Positions 1 through 8,875 of a stretch of DNA of 64,000 bases are shown here, in pieces. The position numbers and the translations under genes are program-made. This DNA is from an uncultured Clostridia bacterium. Lineage in GTDB: Bacteria > Bacillota > Clostridia > Christensenellales > CAG-314. How positions within the stretch are numbered: the first letter of the stretch is position 1; each line of letters begins with the position of its first letter. Location of the stretch: NCBI GenBank assembly GCA_947586855.1, contig CANPXV010000003.1:24274-88273 (forward strand). Direction: 5' to 3'. The notes under the pieces were generated by a model. The model ran no database searches, was not told the origin of the DNA, and saw only the letters and a list, made by a program, of their open reading frames with translations.

Positions 1-1
1 G

Positions 2-448
2 GCCATTGCCCGTCGCCTCAGCCGTTGCAGCGCCGTTTTCTACATCGGCCGCACCTGGGACAGCCCCACGGCAAGCGAGGGCAGCCTCAAACTGAAAGAA
101 ATCAGCTACATCCACAGCGAGGCCTATCCCGCAGGAGAGCTTAAACACGGCACGTTGGCCTTGATGGACAGCTCGGTGGCGGTGGTGGCGATAGCAACGG
201 ACAGCGCACTATGCGACAAAATGGTGTCGTCCGTAACCGAAGTTGCCGCCCGAGGCGCCTTTGTTGCGGTGCTGTCCCCCTTCGACTTCGGCAAAACGCC
301 TCGCCTGCCCTTGCCGCAGGTGCACCCCTATCTGTATGGGATAGTATCCGTGGTGCCGCTGCAACTGTTGGCGTATCACACCGCCAAAACGCTGGGCAGA
401 GACGTGGATAAGCCCCGCCATCTGGCAAAATCCGTGACAGTGGAGTGA
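2..448 (+). CDS. glmS: glutamine--fructose-6-phosphate aminotransferase, C-terminal fragment (5' end outside window)
   Basis: Frame is open from the window edge. The SIS-domain tail EGSLKLKEISYIHSEAYPAGELKHGTLAL...DKPRHLAKSVTVE* matches the conserved GlmS C-terminus. Confidence 0.9.
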   Translation, partial: AIARRLSRCSAVFYIGRTWDSPTASEGSLKLKEISYIHSEAYPAGELKHGTLALMDSSVAVVAIATDSALCDKMVSSVTEVAARGAFVAVLSPFDFGKTPRLPLPQVHPYLYGIVSVVPLQLLAYHTAKTLGRDVDKPRHLAKSVTVE

Positions 449-898
449 GCTTTGGGCGGGCCGAACCTCGGTTTGTTATACAAATGCTTACACCTTGCGG
501 GGCGGACGTCGGGGCAAACAGACTGCAAAAATATCTTTGCCGCAGTTGCGCAAAAACGTTTGACAAAAAACTATAAATATATTACGATATAACCATCAAG
601 TGCACAACGCACCGTCGCAACGTTGGAGGCCAAGGCTTTGGGAACATCTAAGCTCAAATTTTCCAATAATATCGGCGCCGAGCAAACGTCTCAATTGACG
701 TTGCGTGCGTATTTTGCGGCTGTTTTGTGCAGAAATTTTTTGTGATACGGCAAGCATCTGTTTTTGGGTGCTTGTTTTTGTTTGTAAAAGCGCATTTTGC
801 AGCCAATCGGGGCAAAAACGGGGTGCGCCGCAGCAAATCGGAAGCGGGAGCGGGCTGCCGTATGTATTTTTCGGCAGAAAAAATACAAAAATTGGGTA

Positions 899-927
899 TT
901 GACTTGACCCCCTCGAAATGGTATAAT
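899..927 (+). promoter_or_regulatory. sigma-70-type promoter for the 1001-12841 operon
   Basis: TTGACT (899-904), 17-nt spacer, TGgTATAAT extended -10 (TATAAT 922-927), about 70 nt upstream of the first ORF. Confidence 0.5.
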
Positions 928-1000
928 CTTTTTTGGTAAGGTATAGTTTGGGGCACTTGCGCCCTGTTGATAAGTACTAAACATAGTTTTGGAGGACAAT

Positions 1001-1288
1001 ATGCTCGGATTGTTAGCGGCGGCAGCAAAAACCAGCCTCAAACCGTGGGATATCGGTTTCTTTATCGCATGCGGGGTGATAGTCGTTTTGATTGTCGCCG
1101 TATATTTTTTAATTCCCGTTTTCAACAAAAAACAGTATCAGGAGCAACGAGACAACCTTCACAAAAGAGAAAAGGCGTTCAGGGCCAATCAGCAACCTCA
1201 AGGTGAGGATGTCGCCGACCAAACGCCTGCGCAAGACGAAACGTTGGCAGATGCCACTGTCGAAGAAAAGGCAGCCGACAAGGACTGA
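1001..1288 (+). CDS. small single-pass membrane protein, hypothetical
   Basis: ATG at 1001 is preceded by GGAGG (991-995). One hydrophobic helix (IGFFIACGVIVVLIVAVYFLIPVF) followed by a charged tail. No family recognised. Confidence 0.5.
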   Translation: MLGLLAAAAKTSLKPWDIGFFIACGVIVVLIVAVYFLIPVFNKKQYQEQRDNLHKREKAFRANQQPQGEDVADQTPAQDETLADATVEEKAADKD

Positions 1289-1301
1289 GGACTGATCCGA
1301 T

Positions 1302-2702
1302 ATGAAAGGTGGCAAGATCTTCGCCCAGATAGTCTACTATATTTTCACTGCGCTGATTGGGGTTTTTCTTGCACTGACTTTGCCTCAGTATTTTTTCACG
1401 TTCAACAAACTGCCCAAACGTATAGTAGACGCCCTGGACGAAGGCGATGTGTACACTGCGGCGCTGCTGACGTCCAATTTTTTCAATGGCGAGCCGGTTT
1501 TGGACGTCAAACTTGCCGATGGCAGTGGGCTGGTGCTCTTTGAGTCGGTCATGGAAAACGAAGCCCCCGCCGACGACGACGAAAACGCTCCCTACGAGCA
1601 CACCCTCTACAAAACGTTTTGGGGATTTTTGTACGGGACGGAAGATCGCTATGTGACATATAGCAGAGAGTCCAACAAGACAGAGTTGCTTGTCACGCAA
1701 CAGGACGGGACGACCGTCTCGGTGCGGCTGTTGGATTTCGACAACAACGACGACGGCAAAGCGGATGGGATAACGACCTTCAACAACTTTGGGTTTATCC
1801 TGCTCAGTCTGCCTCAATCGCAAATCGATTCTGTCGCAAAACTGCAATTTCTTGACGTAAACGGCGACACATATTGCACGGTAGAGACCCAGCCATTGCG
1901 TTTTGATACGGCGTACTTTTCTTTTTTTGACGAGTTTTCCTTTCAGGATCAAAGCAACTATATCGAACTTAACAACAATTACGTGGGGCAACTCAATTCG
2001 CCGTCCATTACCGCTCAGCAGTGGAACGACATCTCAGGGTTGCGCAACAGAATGAACGAAAAGTTCATCGGTGAGTATATTGCCGCAGGGTACAGTTTTT
2101 CCGGCGAAACCAATCCGGAATACGCCGAGCTCAACACCGAGCTCAACAAGCAATCCAACATTCTGGCGTCGGTGATAATAGTCTCCTACTTTGTGGTTAT
2201 CTACGTCATAGGAGATTTTCTGCTTGGCGGACACTATATCCTCAGATTTTTCGATTGGTTTCTGTTTACGGTGTGCAAGATCCCCCGCAAGCAAAAGAAG
2301 TCCCCCAAAAGGGAAGAAGTTTACGGGCACGACTATTTCAGCATGGTCACCCTCAAATTGGATACATCCGCCGTGCCGGAGTTTAGCGGCAGTGTGGAAA
2401 TCAAATATACCAACAGCGATAGCGAGGCCAAGTGGACGCTGCTCAAAGCGGAAAACTACACGTCCACGCAGCGTATCAAGGCGGGGGTGTATGTCAATCC
2501 CCACATCGACATCAACCGCAGCTATGCGCCCGTGGATTTGCCCGACAATCTGGAAGTGGAAGGCTATCGGATAGAGCGCCTGATAAAGATCGTCAAGCGG
2601 GACGCCCCTGTTGAGGCAACGCAAGAGGCTGGGCAAACCGAAACGCCCGCCCAACCCGACATCGGGCAACAAACGCCGTCCGACACCAAACAAGAAAATT
2701 AA
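1302..2702 (+). CDS. hypothetical membrane protein (466 aa)
   Basis: Long ORF packed tightly into the operon. N-terminal TM helix plus a central TM pair (ILASVIIVSYFVVIYVIGDFLLGG...FDWFLFTVC). No recognisable catalytic motif. Confidence 0.55.
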   Translation: MKGGKIFAQIVYYIFTALIGVFLALTLPQYFFTFNKLPKRIVDALDEGDVYTAALLTSNFFNGEPVLDVKLADGSGLVLFESVMENEAPADDDENAPYEHTLYKTFWGFLYGTEDRYVTYSRESNKTELLVTQQDGTTVSVRLLDFDNNDDGKADGITTFNNFGFILLSLPQSQIDSVAKLQFLDVNGDTYCTVETQPLRFDTAYFSFFDEFSFQDQSNYIELNNNYVGQLNSPSITAQQWNDISGLRNRMNEKFIGEYIAAGYSFSGETNPEYAELNTELNKQSNILASVIIVSYFVVIYVIGDFLLGGHYILRFFDWFLFTVCKIPRKQKKSPKREEVYGHDYFSMVTLKLDTSAVPEFSGSVEIKYTNSDSEAKWTLLKAENYTSTQRIKAGVYVNPHIDINRSYAPVDLPDNLEVEGYRIERLIKIVKRDAPVEATQEAGQTETPAQPDIGQQTPSDTKQEN

Positions 2703-2722
2703 AAAAGCGAGAGGTAACGCTT

Positions 2723-3868
2723 ATGAGAATATCTATTCAACACCTAACCAAGATTTTCCCCAGCCGTACCAAAGGCGGAGCAGCGGTGCATGCCGTAGAG
2801 GACATGAATATCGAAATTCCGTCCGGCAAACTCGTTGGTCTGCTTGGACCTTCCGGCTGCGGCAAATCGACCACTCTCTTTATGCTGAGCGGTCTCGAAA
2901 GTCCGTCCTCCGGCCAAATTGTCTTTGACGATCAGGACGTGACCACCCTTGCGGCAGAAAAGAGAGGTATCGGTCTGGTATTCCAAAACTACGCTCTCTA
3001 TCCGCACATGACAGTGAGAGAAAACATTCGTTTCCCGCTGGACAATATGCGTATCAAGCGTGAGGAAGGCAATGCCCGTGCACTTGACGCCGCTCGTCTG
3101 GTGCAGATCGAGGACCTGTTGGACCGCAAGCCCAACGAACTGTCCGGCGGTCAGCAACAGCGTGTGGCAATAGCCCGCGCTTTGGTCAAGATGCCCAACG
3201 TGCTGCTGCTGGACGAGCCCCTGTCCAACCTGGACGCCCGTCTGCGCCTGCAAACCCGCGAGGAAATCAAGCGCATCCAGAGAGAAACGGGTATCACCAC
3301 GGTGTTCGTCACCCACGACCAGGAAGAAGCCATGTCCATTTGCGACATCATGGTGGTGATGAAGCTGGGCGTTGTTCAACAAATCGGAGAGCCTCAGCAC
3401 ATCTACGACGACCCCAACAACCTGTTTGTTGCCAACTTCCTCGGCACGCCTCCCATCAACATCTTCAAGGGACGTATCGAGGGCGGCAAGGTCTACATCG
3501 GCGATGAGGCCGTTTCCTCTACCGAATTTGCCGACCAGCCTGTGTATGTGGGCATTCGTCCCGAGGGCTACATTTACGACCCCAAGGGCGTGTTTACGCT
3601 GGATGTGGACCACATCGAGGTCATGGGCAGAGACAAATCCGTCGTTGCCATCCACCAAAGCTCCACCAAGCCCACGGTGCGCTGCATAATCGACAGTGAC
3701 GTTGCCTTGCCTGAGGGCGCAACGCAGCTGCGTTTCAACATCAAGCCCTACAAGATGTTCCTTTTCAATGCGGAAAGCGAGGTTCGTCTGCGTGTCGGCG
3801 AGGAGCAACCCGTCGAGGAGGACGTTGCCGTTGTCGAGGAACAACCCACAACCGATCAGAGAGGTTAA
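2723..3868 (+). CDS. ABC transporter ATP-binding protein, CUT1 sugar-type (MsmX/UgpC/MalK-like)
   Basis: Walker A GPSGCGKST, signature LSGGQQQRVAIARAL, Walker B LLLDEPLSNLD, H-loop VTHDQ. C-terminal MalK-type regulatory/OB domain. Confidence 0.9.
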   Translation: MRISIQHLTKIFPSRTKGGAAVHAVEDMNIEIPSGKLVGLLGPSGCGKSTTLFMLSGLESPSSGQIVFDDQDVTTLAAEKRGIGLVFQNYALYPHMTVRENIRFPLDNMRIKREEGNARALDAARLVQIEDLLDRKPNELSGGQQQRVAIARALVKMPNVLLLDEPLSNLDARLRLQTREEIKRIQRETGITTVFVTHDQEEAMSICDIMVVMKLGVVQQIGEPQHIYDDPNNLFVANFLGTPPINIFKGRIEGGKVYIGDEAVSSTEFADQPVYVGIRPEGYIYDPKGVFTLDVDHIEVMGRDKSVVAIHQSSTKPTVRCIIDSDVALPEGATQLRFNIKPYKMFLFNAESEVRLRVGEEQPVEEDVAVVEEQPTTDQRG

Positions 3869-3871
3869 GCT

Positions 3872-4918
3872 ATGAGTTTCAAAAACAAAAATCCTCGAGA
3901 TGTCGAGGCGGACTTGGTGCTTAGCGACGGACCGCAACTCACCAGGGGCGAAAAATTCCGCCGCGGGCTACGGGCTCAAAGCGGTTGGCTGTTTGTAGCG
4001 CCTGCGCTCATTTTGATGGCGGTATTTACCTTTTATCCCATCATTATGGCATTTATACATGCGTTTCAGGAAGACTACAACGGCGCAAACGGCACATACA
4101 GCGGTTGGGGCTTTTCCAACTTTGTGCACGTCGTCAAGGGAGACTTGAACAGAGGCGGTGCAGACTTCCTTCAATGTCTGGTCAACACGTTGATATTCAC
4201 CTTTATCTCCGTTCCCGTTTCCACATTGTTGGCGCTGCTCATTTCCGTTGCGCTCAACTCCATCAAGGCCGTACAAAAGGCATATCAGACAATACTGTTT
4301 TTGCCCTATCTCACCAACGCATTGGCAATGGGCGCCGTGTTTGCAACCTTCTTTACCGTTGTAGGCACCAAATCTCACACGGAGACAGTCGGTATCGTCA
4401 ATCTGGTGTTGGGATTGAAAGACAACCCCATCAATTGGACGGACGTACTCAGTTCGCCCAAGTGGGAACTGGGGCGCATCACCATCCCCTGGGCCAACTA
4501 CATAGTGCTCATGGTCTATGAGGTCTGGTCGGGCTTGCCCTTCAAGATCCTGATACTGTTCAGCGCATTGCAGTCCATCAACAAGCAGTACTACGACGCT
4601 GCCAAGGTGGACGGTGCCAGCCGTTGGACAACTTTGTGGCACATCACTGCGCCGATGGTTTCTCCGCAAATCAGCTACCTGCTTGTTACGGGTATCATGG
4701 GCGGCATGAAGCAGTACTCGGCAGTAGTGGGTATATTCGGCGAAAAGATGGGCCTGCGCTACGAAATGGGCACCATGGTCGGATATATCTACAACTACAT
4801 CGGAGAGGACAAATATGCAGGCCTTGCATTTGCGGGATCTCTGATACTGTTTGTGATCATCATGATCATAACTTGGATCAACAACAAAGTGACCAAGAAG
4901 CGCACAACTTACAGGTAA
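3872..4918 (+). CDS. ABC transporter permease (MalF/UgpA-like)
   Basis: Six-TM pattern with the binding-protein-dependent transport core (DAAKVDGASRWTTLWHITAPM). Directly follows the ATPase. Confidence 0.85.
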   Translation: MSFKNKNPRDVEADLVLSDGPQLTRGEKFRRGLRAQSGWLFVAPALILMAVFTFYPIIMAFIHAFQEDYNGANGTYSGWGFSNFVHVVKGDLNRGGADFLQCLVNTLIFTFISVPVSTLLALLISVALNSIKAVQKAYQTILFLPYLTNALAMGAVFATFFTVVGTKSHTETVGIVNLVLGLKDNPINWTDVLSSPKWELGRITIPWANYIVLMVYEVWSGLPFKILILFSALQSINKQYYDAAKVDGASRWTTLWHITAPMVSPQISYLLVTGIMGGMKQYSAVVGIFGEKMGLRYEMGTMVGYIYNYIGEDKYAGLAFAGSLILFVIIMIITWINNKVTKKRTTYR

Positions 4919-4931
4919 GGAGGAGAAGAAT

Positions 4932-6041
4932 ATGCTCAGATTATTAGCCATTTCATCTTCCGCAGCAGGTTGGATACTTGCCGCATTGGTATGCGTTATC
5001 ATTGCGGAACTGGTAGTTGTGCTGCGTTTGTACAAGCGTTATCGTTACGAAAAGTCCACCCGCATCGCAGCAGATGCCGTCCACATCGATTGGAGCCAAA
5101 CCCAATACGTCCGTTTGGAGCAAGGTGCGTCCGAGCTGGATGTGGAAAAGGAACTCAAACGCCAAAAGGTAGTCGGGATTGTCAAAAACGTGTTTGTTTA
5201 TATCTTTTTGACAGCCTGTGCACTGCTCGCCTTTTTGCCCTTCTATTGGATGATCATCTCCTCGCTCAAAACCGAGGACGAATATCGCGAGGCTGTGCCC
5301 ACGTTCTTCCCGCGTCAATTTCAATGGGGCAACTACAAGGCGATAATGAACCAATCCACCAGTGCCAACAGCCCCACATTTTGGCGAATTTTGCTCAATA
5401 CGTTGGTGGTGGGCTTTATGTCTACAACGATAGGCGTCATCATCACCGTCCTCACGGCCTATGCTCTTGCCCGCATGAACTTCAAAGGTAAAAACATCTT
5501 GTTTGCCATCATGTTGGCAACGATGATGATCCCCGGCGAAATGTTCACCCTGTCCAATTATCTTACCGTCAGCAAGTTGCAAATGAGGCAGACCTACACA
5601 GTACTTATATTGCCCTTCCTGGTCAGCGTGTACTACATCTACCTGTTGCGCAACAATTTTATGCAGATACCAAACTCACTGTATCAAGCGGCCAAAGTGG
5701 ACGGTTTGTCCGACATGGGGTACCTGATCAAGGTGATGGTGCCGTTGACGGCCCCCACCCTCATTTCCATAACGCTGCTCAAATTTATCGGCACCTGGAA
5801 CAGCTACATCTGGCCCCGCTTGGTCAACGAGCAACAATGGCAAATGATAACCAACTGGGTAACAGGCTCCTTCGTGGACCGCGGCAATGTGCTTTATGGC
5901 GGCCGCTATGGTGACAGCGACCCGTTGATCACCCTCAAAATGGCCGCTGTCTGTATGGTCAGCTTGCCGCTGTTCATACTGTTTATCTTCTGCCGCAAGT
6001 ACATCATGCGCGGCGTATCCAAGAGCGGCACCAAGGGCTAA
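4932..6041 (+). CDS. ABC transporter permease (MalG/UgpE-like) with about 90-aa N-terminal extension
   Basis: LPFYWMIISSLK... and QAAKVDGLSDMGYLIKVMVPLTAPT match the MalG-type EAA region. An extra N-terminal TM helix and a charged linker are present. Confidence 0.85.
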   Translation: MLRLLAISSSAAGWILAALVCVIIAELVVVLRLYKRYRYEKSTRIAADAVHIDWSQTQYVRLEQGASELDVEKELKRQKVVGIVKNVFVYIFLTACALLAFLPFYWMIISSLKTEDEYREAVPTFFPRQFQWGNYKAIMNQSTSANSPTFWRILLNTLVVGFMSTTIGVIITVLTAYALARMNFKGKNILFAIMLATMMIPGEMFTLSNYLTVSKLQMRQTYTVLILPFLVSVYYIYLLRNNFMQIPNSLYQAAKVDGLSDMGYLIKVMVPLTAPTLISITLLKFIGTWNSYIWPRLVNEQQWQMITNWVTGSFVDRGNVLYGGRYGDSDPLITLKMAAVCMVSLPLFILFIFCRKYIMRGVSKSGTKG

Positions 6042-6122
6042 GATTTTTTGCCATTACACAAACTATCTACGGACTTATCCGCACGGCAGTGCGGTGGAGT
6101 TAATAAAAAAAAGGAGAAAACT

Positions 6123-7553
6123 ATGAAAAAGATTTTGACAGCGGTGATTGTTATTTCGTTGCTTGCAGCGGGCTGCCTCACCATCTTTGCAGCATGTGCC
6201 GAGGGCGGAGATGTCGATCACACGATCTATTTCTACTCTTCACAAGGAGATGCGCTTCAAACGATAACCGACCAGGCTATTGCGGCATTTGAAGCAAAGT
6301 ATCCCGGCTGGACGGTAGAACACAGCAACCCCGGCGGATATGATGAGGTTCGCGACAAGATACGGCAAGACTTCCCTGCCGGCACTCAGCCCGACCTTGC
6401 ATATTGCTATGCCGACCACGTTGCCGCCTACATGAGCTCTAATGCACAATATCTTGTGGATATGAGCGAGTTCTACACCAGCGACAGAAACTTCTCGTAC
6501 ACCTATACTGATGGCAGTGGTGCCGAGCAAACCGTCAATGTGGAGCATATCGGCTTTACTGAAGCAGAAACCTCCAAATTCGTCAAAGGCTACATCGAAG
6601 AAGGCTACGCCAAGAACTATGCCGACTACGACAAGTACGGTTTCAGCGAGAATTCGCTGCTCACGCTGCCCTTTGTAAAGTCCACAGAGTTGATGTATGT
6701 CAACAGAACAGCCCTCATGGCTTGCGGCATCGAAGAGCCCGCCGAAACTTGGGACCAACTTTGGAAGGATTGCGAAAAGATCAAAGCCAAGTATCCCTCC
6801 TGCACTCCTCTTGGATATGACAGCGAGGCCAACTGGTTCATCACGATGTGCCAACAAAACGGTTGGGGCTACACATCTGCATCCGGCAATCACTACCTCT
6901 TCAACAACGATAACACCAAAGTATGGCTTGGCCAACTTGCCGAGTACTATGACAAGGGCTATATCACCACCCAAGAGGACTATGACGCCTACACCAGCGG
7001 TCTGTTTGTAAAGGGCGTCAGCAACGAGGACGGCCAAAACGGGCTTGTGTACTGCATCGGTTCCAGCGGTGGCGCCAGCCACCAGGATCCCAGCGGTCTG
7101 TTCGATTTCGACATCGTTCCCATCCCGGGCAGCAAGCAAGCTGACGGCACCACCAATTACAGCTGCATCAGCCAAGGCCCCTCTTTGGTTATGTTGACGG
7201 GCGGCAACAACGCCTCCAATGCCGACGAGAAGAAGATCATGACTTGGCTCTTCGTCAAAGAGTTGCTTGATCCCACCTTCCAGGCTGCATTCTCCATTGC
7301 CAGCGGTTATAACCCCATGCGCACCGACGTCTTTGACATTGAAACCTATCAAAAGCATATGGCAGGCGGCAGCGCCACTGCCAAAGCAGCAGCCATCGCA
7401 ACCGAACTGAGCGATCGTTTCTTTGCTTCTCCCGCCTTTGACGGATCCAGCAACGCCCGCGACCAAGTTGGTATTGCCCTGCTTGTTGCCATGACCGGTT
7501 CCCGCGATCCCAGCAGAGCTTTGTCCGAAGCAATCAGCGCCTGCGGTCAATAA
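6123..7553 (+). CDS. extracellular solute-binding lipoprotein of the ABC importer
   Basis: ATG at 6123 after AAGGAG. Signal peptide with lipobox (LTIFAAC). Length and composition are typical of CUT1 SBPs. The ORF-track start at 6048 lacks an RBS. Confidence 0.8.
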   Translation: MKKILTAVIVISLLAAGCLTIFAACAEGGDVDHTIYFYSSQGDALQTITDQAIAAFEAKYPGWTVEHSNPGGYDEVRDKIRQDFPAGTQPDLAYCYADHVAAYMSSNAQYLVDMSEFYTSDRNFSYTYTDGSGAEQTVNVEHIGFTEAETSKFVKGYIEEGYAKNYADYDKYGFSENSLLTLPFVKSTELMYVNRTALMACGIEEPAETWDQLWKDCEKIKAKYPSCTPLGYDSEANWFITMCQQNGWGYTSASGNHYLFNNDNTKVWLGQLAEYYDKGYITTQEDYDAYTSGLFVKGVSNEDGQNGLVYCIGSSGGASHQDPSGLFDFDIVPIPGSKQADGTTNYSCISQGPSLVMLTGGNNASNADEKKIMTWLFVKELLDPTFQAAFSIASGYNPMRTDVFDIETYQKHMAGGSATAKAAAIATELSDRFFASPAFDGSSNARDQVGIALLVAMTGSRDPSRALSEAISACGQ

Positions 7554-7601
7554 CATTTCTCTTGACACACTGCAAAGTGTAAATTTCAAAAAGGACCAAC
7601 T

Positions 7602-8843
7602 ATGAAAAAACTTCTTCCAATTGTCATTGTTATGCTGTTGATGGTCAGTTGCGTGTTTGTCGCATGCGACGGCGGCAACAAGGTGGCCGACAACACAGAA
7701 CATTTGACCGACATCACCAAGACCCTCACGCTCACCAAGGACTACAAAAACAAGTCGTTCTTCAATGATGGTATTGGCGTGGTTCGCGTAGATGCCTTCA
7801 CCGATGGCGACACTACCCGCTTTTACAGCGATACAGATGGCACCGTCAACGTGCGTTATTACAGCATCGACACGCCTGAGTCTACCACCAGTGTCGAAAA
7901 GTGGGGCAAGGCCGCATCCACCTTTGTCAAGGAGCGTCTCAGCGAGGCCACAGAGATAGTGGTGGAGTCCAGCACGGGCGGCGAGCCTGAGATGGACAGT
8001 TACCATACTCGTTGGTTGGGATACGTCTGGTACAAGACGGCCGATCACGATTTCTATCTGCTCAATCTCGAGATTGTCGAAAACGGTTACAGCAAAAACA
8101 ACGGTTCGGGCACAGCCAAGTTTGCATACAACAGCTACTTTGCCAAGGCCGAGTCTGCTGCCCGCAAGATGCAGCTGAGGGTGTTCTCCAAGTTGGATGA
8201 CCCCCTCTACAACGACGACCCCGTCGAGTTTGCCATCAAGGATTTCGAGGGCAACGAGGATATGTACTACGACAAGGCGACCGAAGTCGGCGCCAAGGTG
8301 ATTTTCGAGGCGTACATTGTCGGCCACGAAGTGAGCAAAAGCGGCACGCATATGTTCGAGGCAAGTCAGTTTGTGGATGGCGTCAAGCACTCCATCAACG
8401 TCTACACGGGCTACAACTCCAATCCTGCGTCCAACGCATTGTGTATTGGCACTTTGTACAAATTTGTGGGCACCGTGCAGTTATACGGCAGCGGCTATCA
8501 GATCAGCAACATTTCTTATAGCGAGCTGTACGACAGCAACAAGCTCACAGTCCCCCGTGCGGCCAACGTTTATCTTACGTTCAGCAACAACGTCTCCTAC
8601 AAGGCCGATTACGACAAGAGCCTCTACACGGGCCTCACTGTCACAGAGATTGTCAGCCAAAATGAGGGTCAAACTGTATTCAAGGCCACGGCGTCTTTGG
8701 TCAGCGCAAGCGGCACAGCCTCGCAACCCACCGAGTTTACCGTAACCGCCAACAACAGCCAAACCTACAAAGTCGGCGACTTCCTCATGGTAAACGCACT
8801 TCGCACAAGCGAAGAATCTACCCAATTGACATTGTTAGCATAG
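7602..8843 (+). CDS. secreted thermonuclease (SNase)-family lipoprotein with C-terminal OB-fold-like extension
   Basis: Lipobox VFVAC. SNase core motifs VRVDAFTDGDTTRF...VRYYSIDTPES...WGKAAS...LNLEIVENGYS. About 200 aa of extra beta-rich C-terminal sequence. Confidence 0.75.
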   Translation: MKKLLPIVIVMLLMVSCVFVACDGGNKVADNTEHLTDITKTLTLTKDYKNKSFFNDGIGVVRVDAFTDGDTTRFYSDTDGTVNVRYYSIDTPESTTSVEKWGKAASTFVKERLSEATEIVVESSTGGEPEMDSYHTRWLGYVWYKTADHDFYLLNLEIVENGYSKNNGSGTAKFAYNSYFAKAESAARKMQLRVFSKLDDPLYNDDPVEFAIKDFEGNEDMYYDKATEVGAKVIFEAYIVGHEVSKSGTHMFEASQFVDGVKHSINVYTGYNSNPASNALCIGTLYKFVGTVQLYGSGYQISNISYSELYDSNKLTVPRAANVYLTFSNNVSYKADYDKSLYTGLTVTEIVSQNEGQTVFKATASLVSASGTASQPTEFTVTANNSQTYKVGDFLMVNALRTSEESTQLTLLA

Positions 8844-8875
8844 CTAACTAAAAAAAATAATATAAGGAGAAAGCG

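Noticed and set aside
449-898. Possible regulatory RNA or promoter in the 450-bp gap after glmS (TTGACA at 563, hairpin at 855-877)
   Set aside because: The -10 partner for the 563 TTGACA is poor (TACGAT). The hairpin has no flanking T-run on either strand. No recognisable riboswitch core is present, so evidence is insufficient for a call.
6048-6122. Upstream extensions of several ORF-track starts (6048, 13249, 14881, 16957, 18314, 27053, 27968, 28354, 30069, 33450, 50606, 55332, 56602, 58570, 62316)
   Set aside because: In each case an internal ATG or GTG is preceded by a good SD, or coincides with a signal peptide or family N-terminus, or overlaps the preceding stop codon. The longer versions add non-homologous, often Arg/Gly-rich, sequence.
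6240-8390. 716-aa ORF on the - strand
   Set aside because: Antisense to the SBP and nuclease genes, which have signal peptides, RBSs and family motifs. This is a shadow ORF. The same reasoning applies to other long antisense ORFs: 2744-3937, 15621-16850, 18557-20239, 20529-22142, 22410-23783, 31188-33086, 60827-61885 and 63050-63976.
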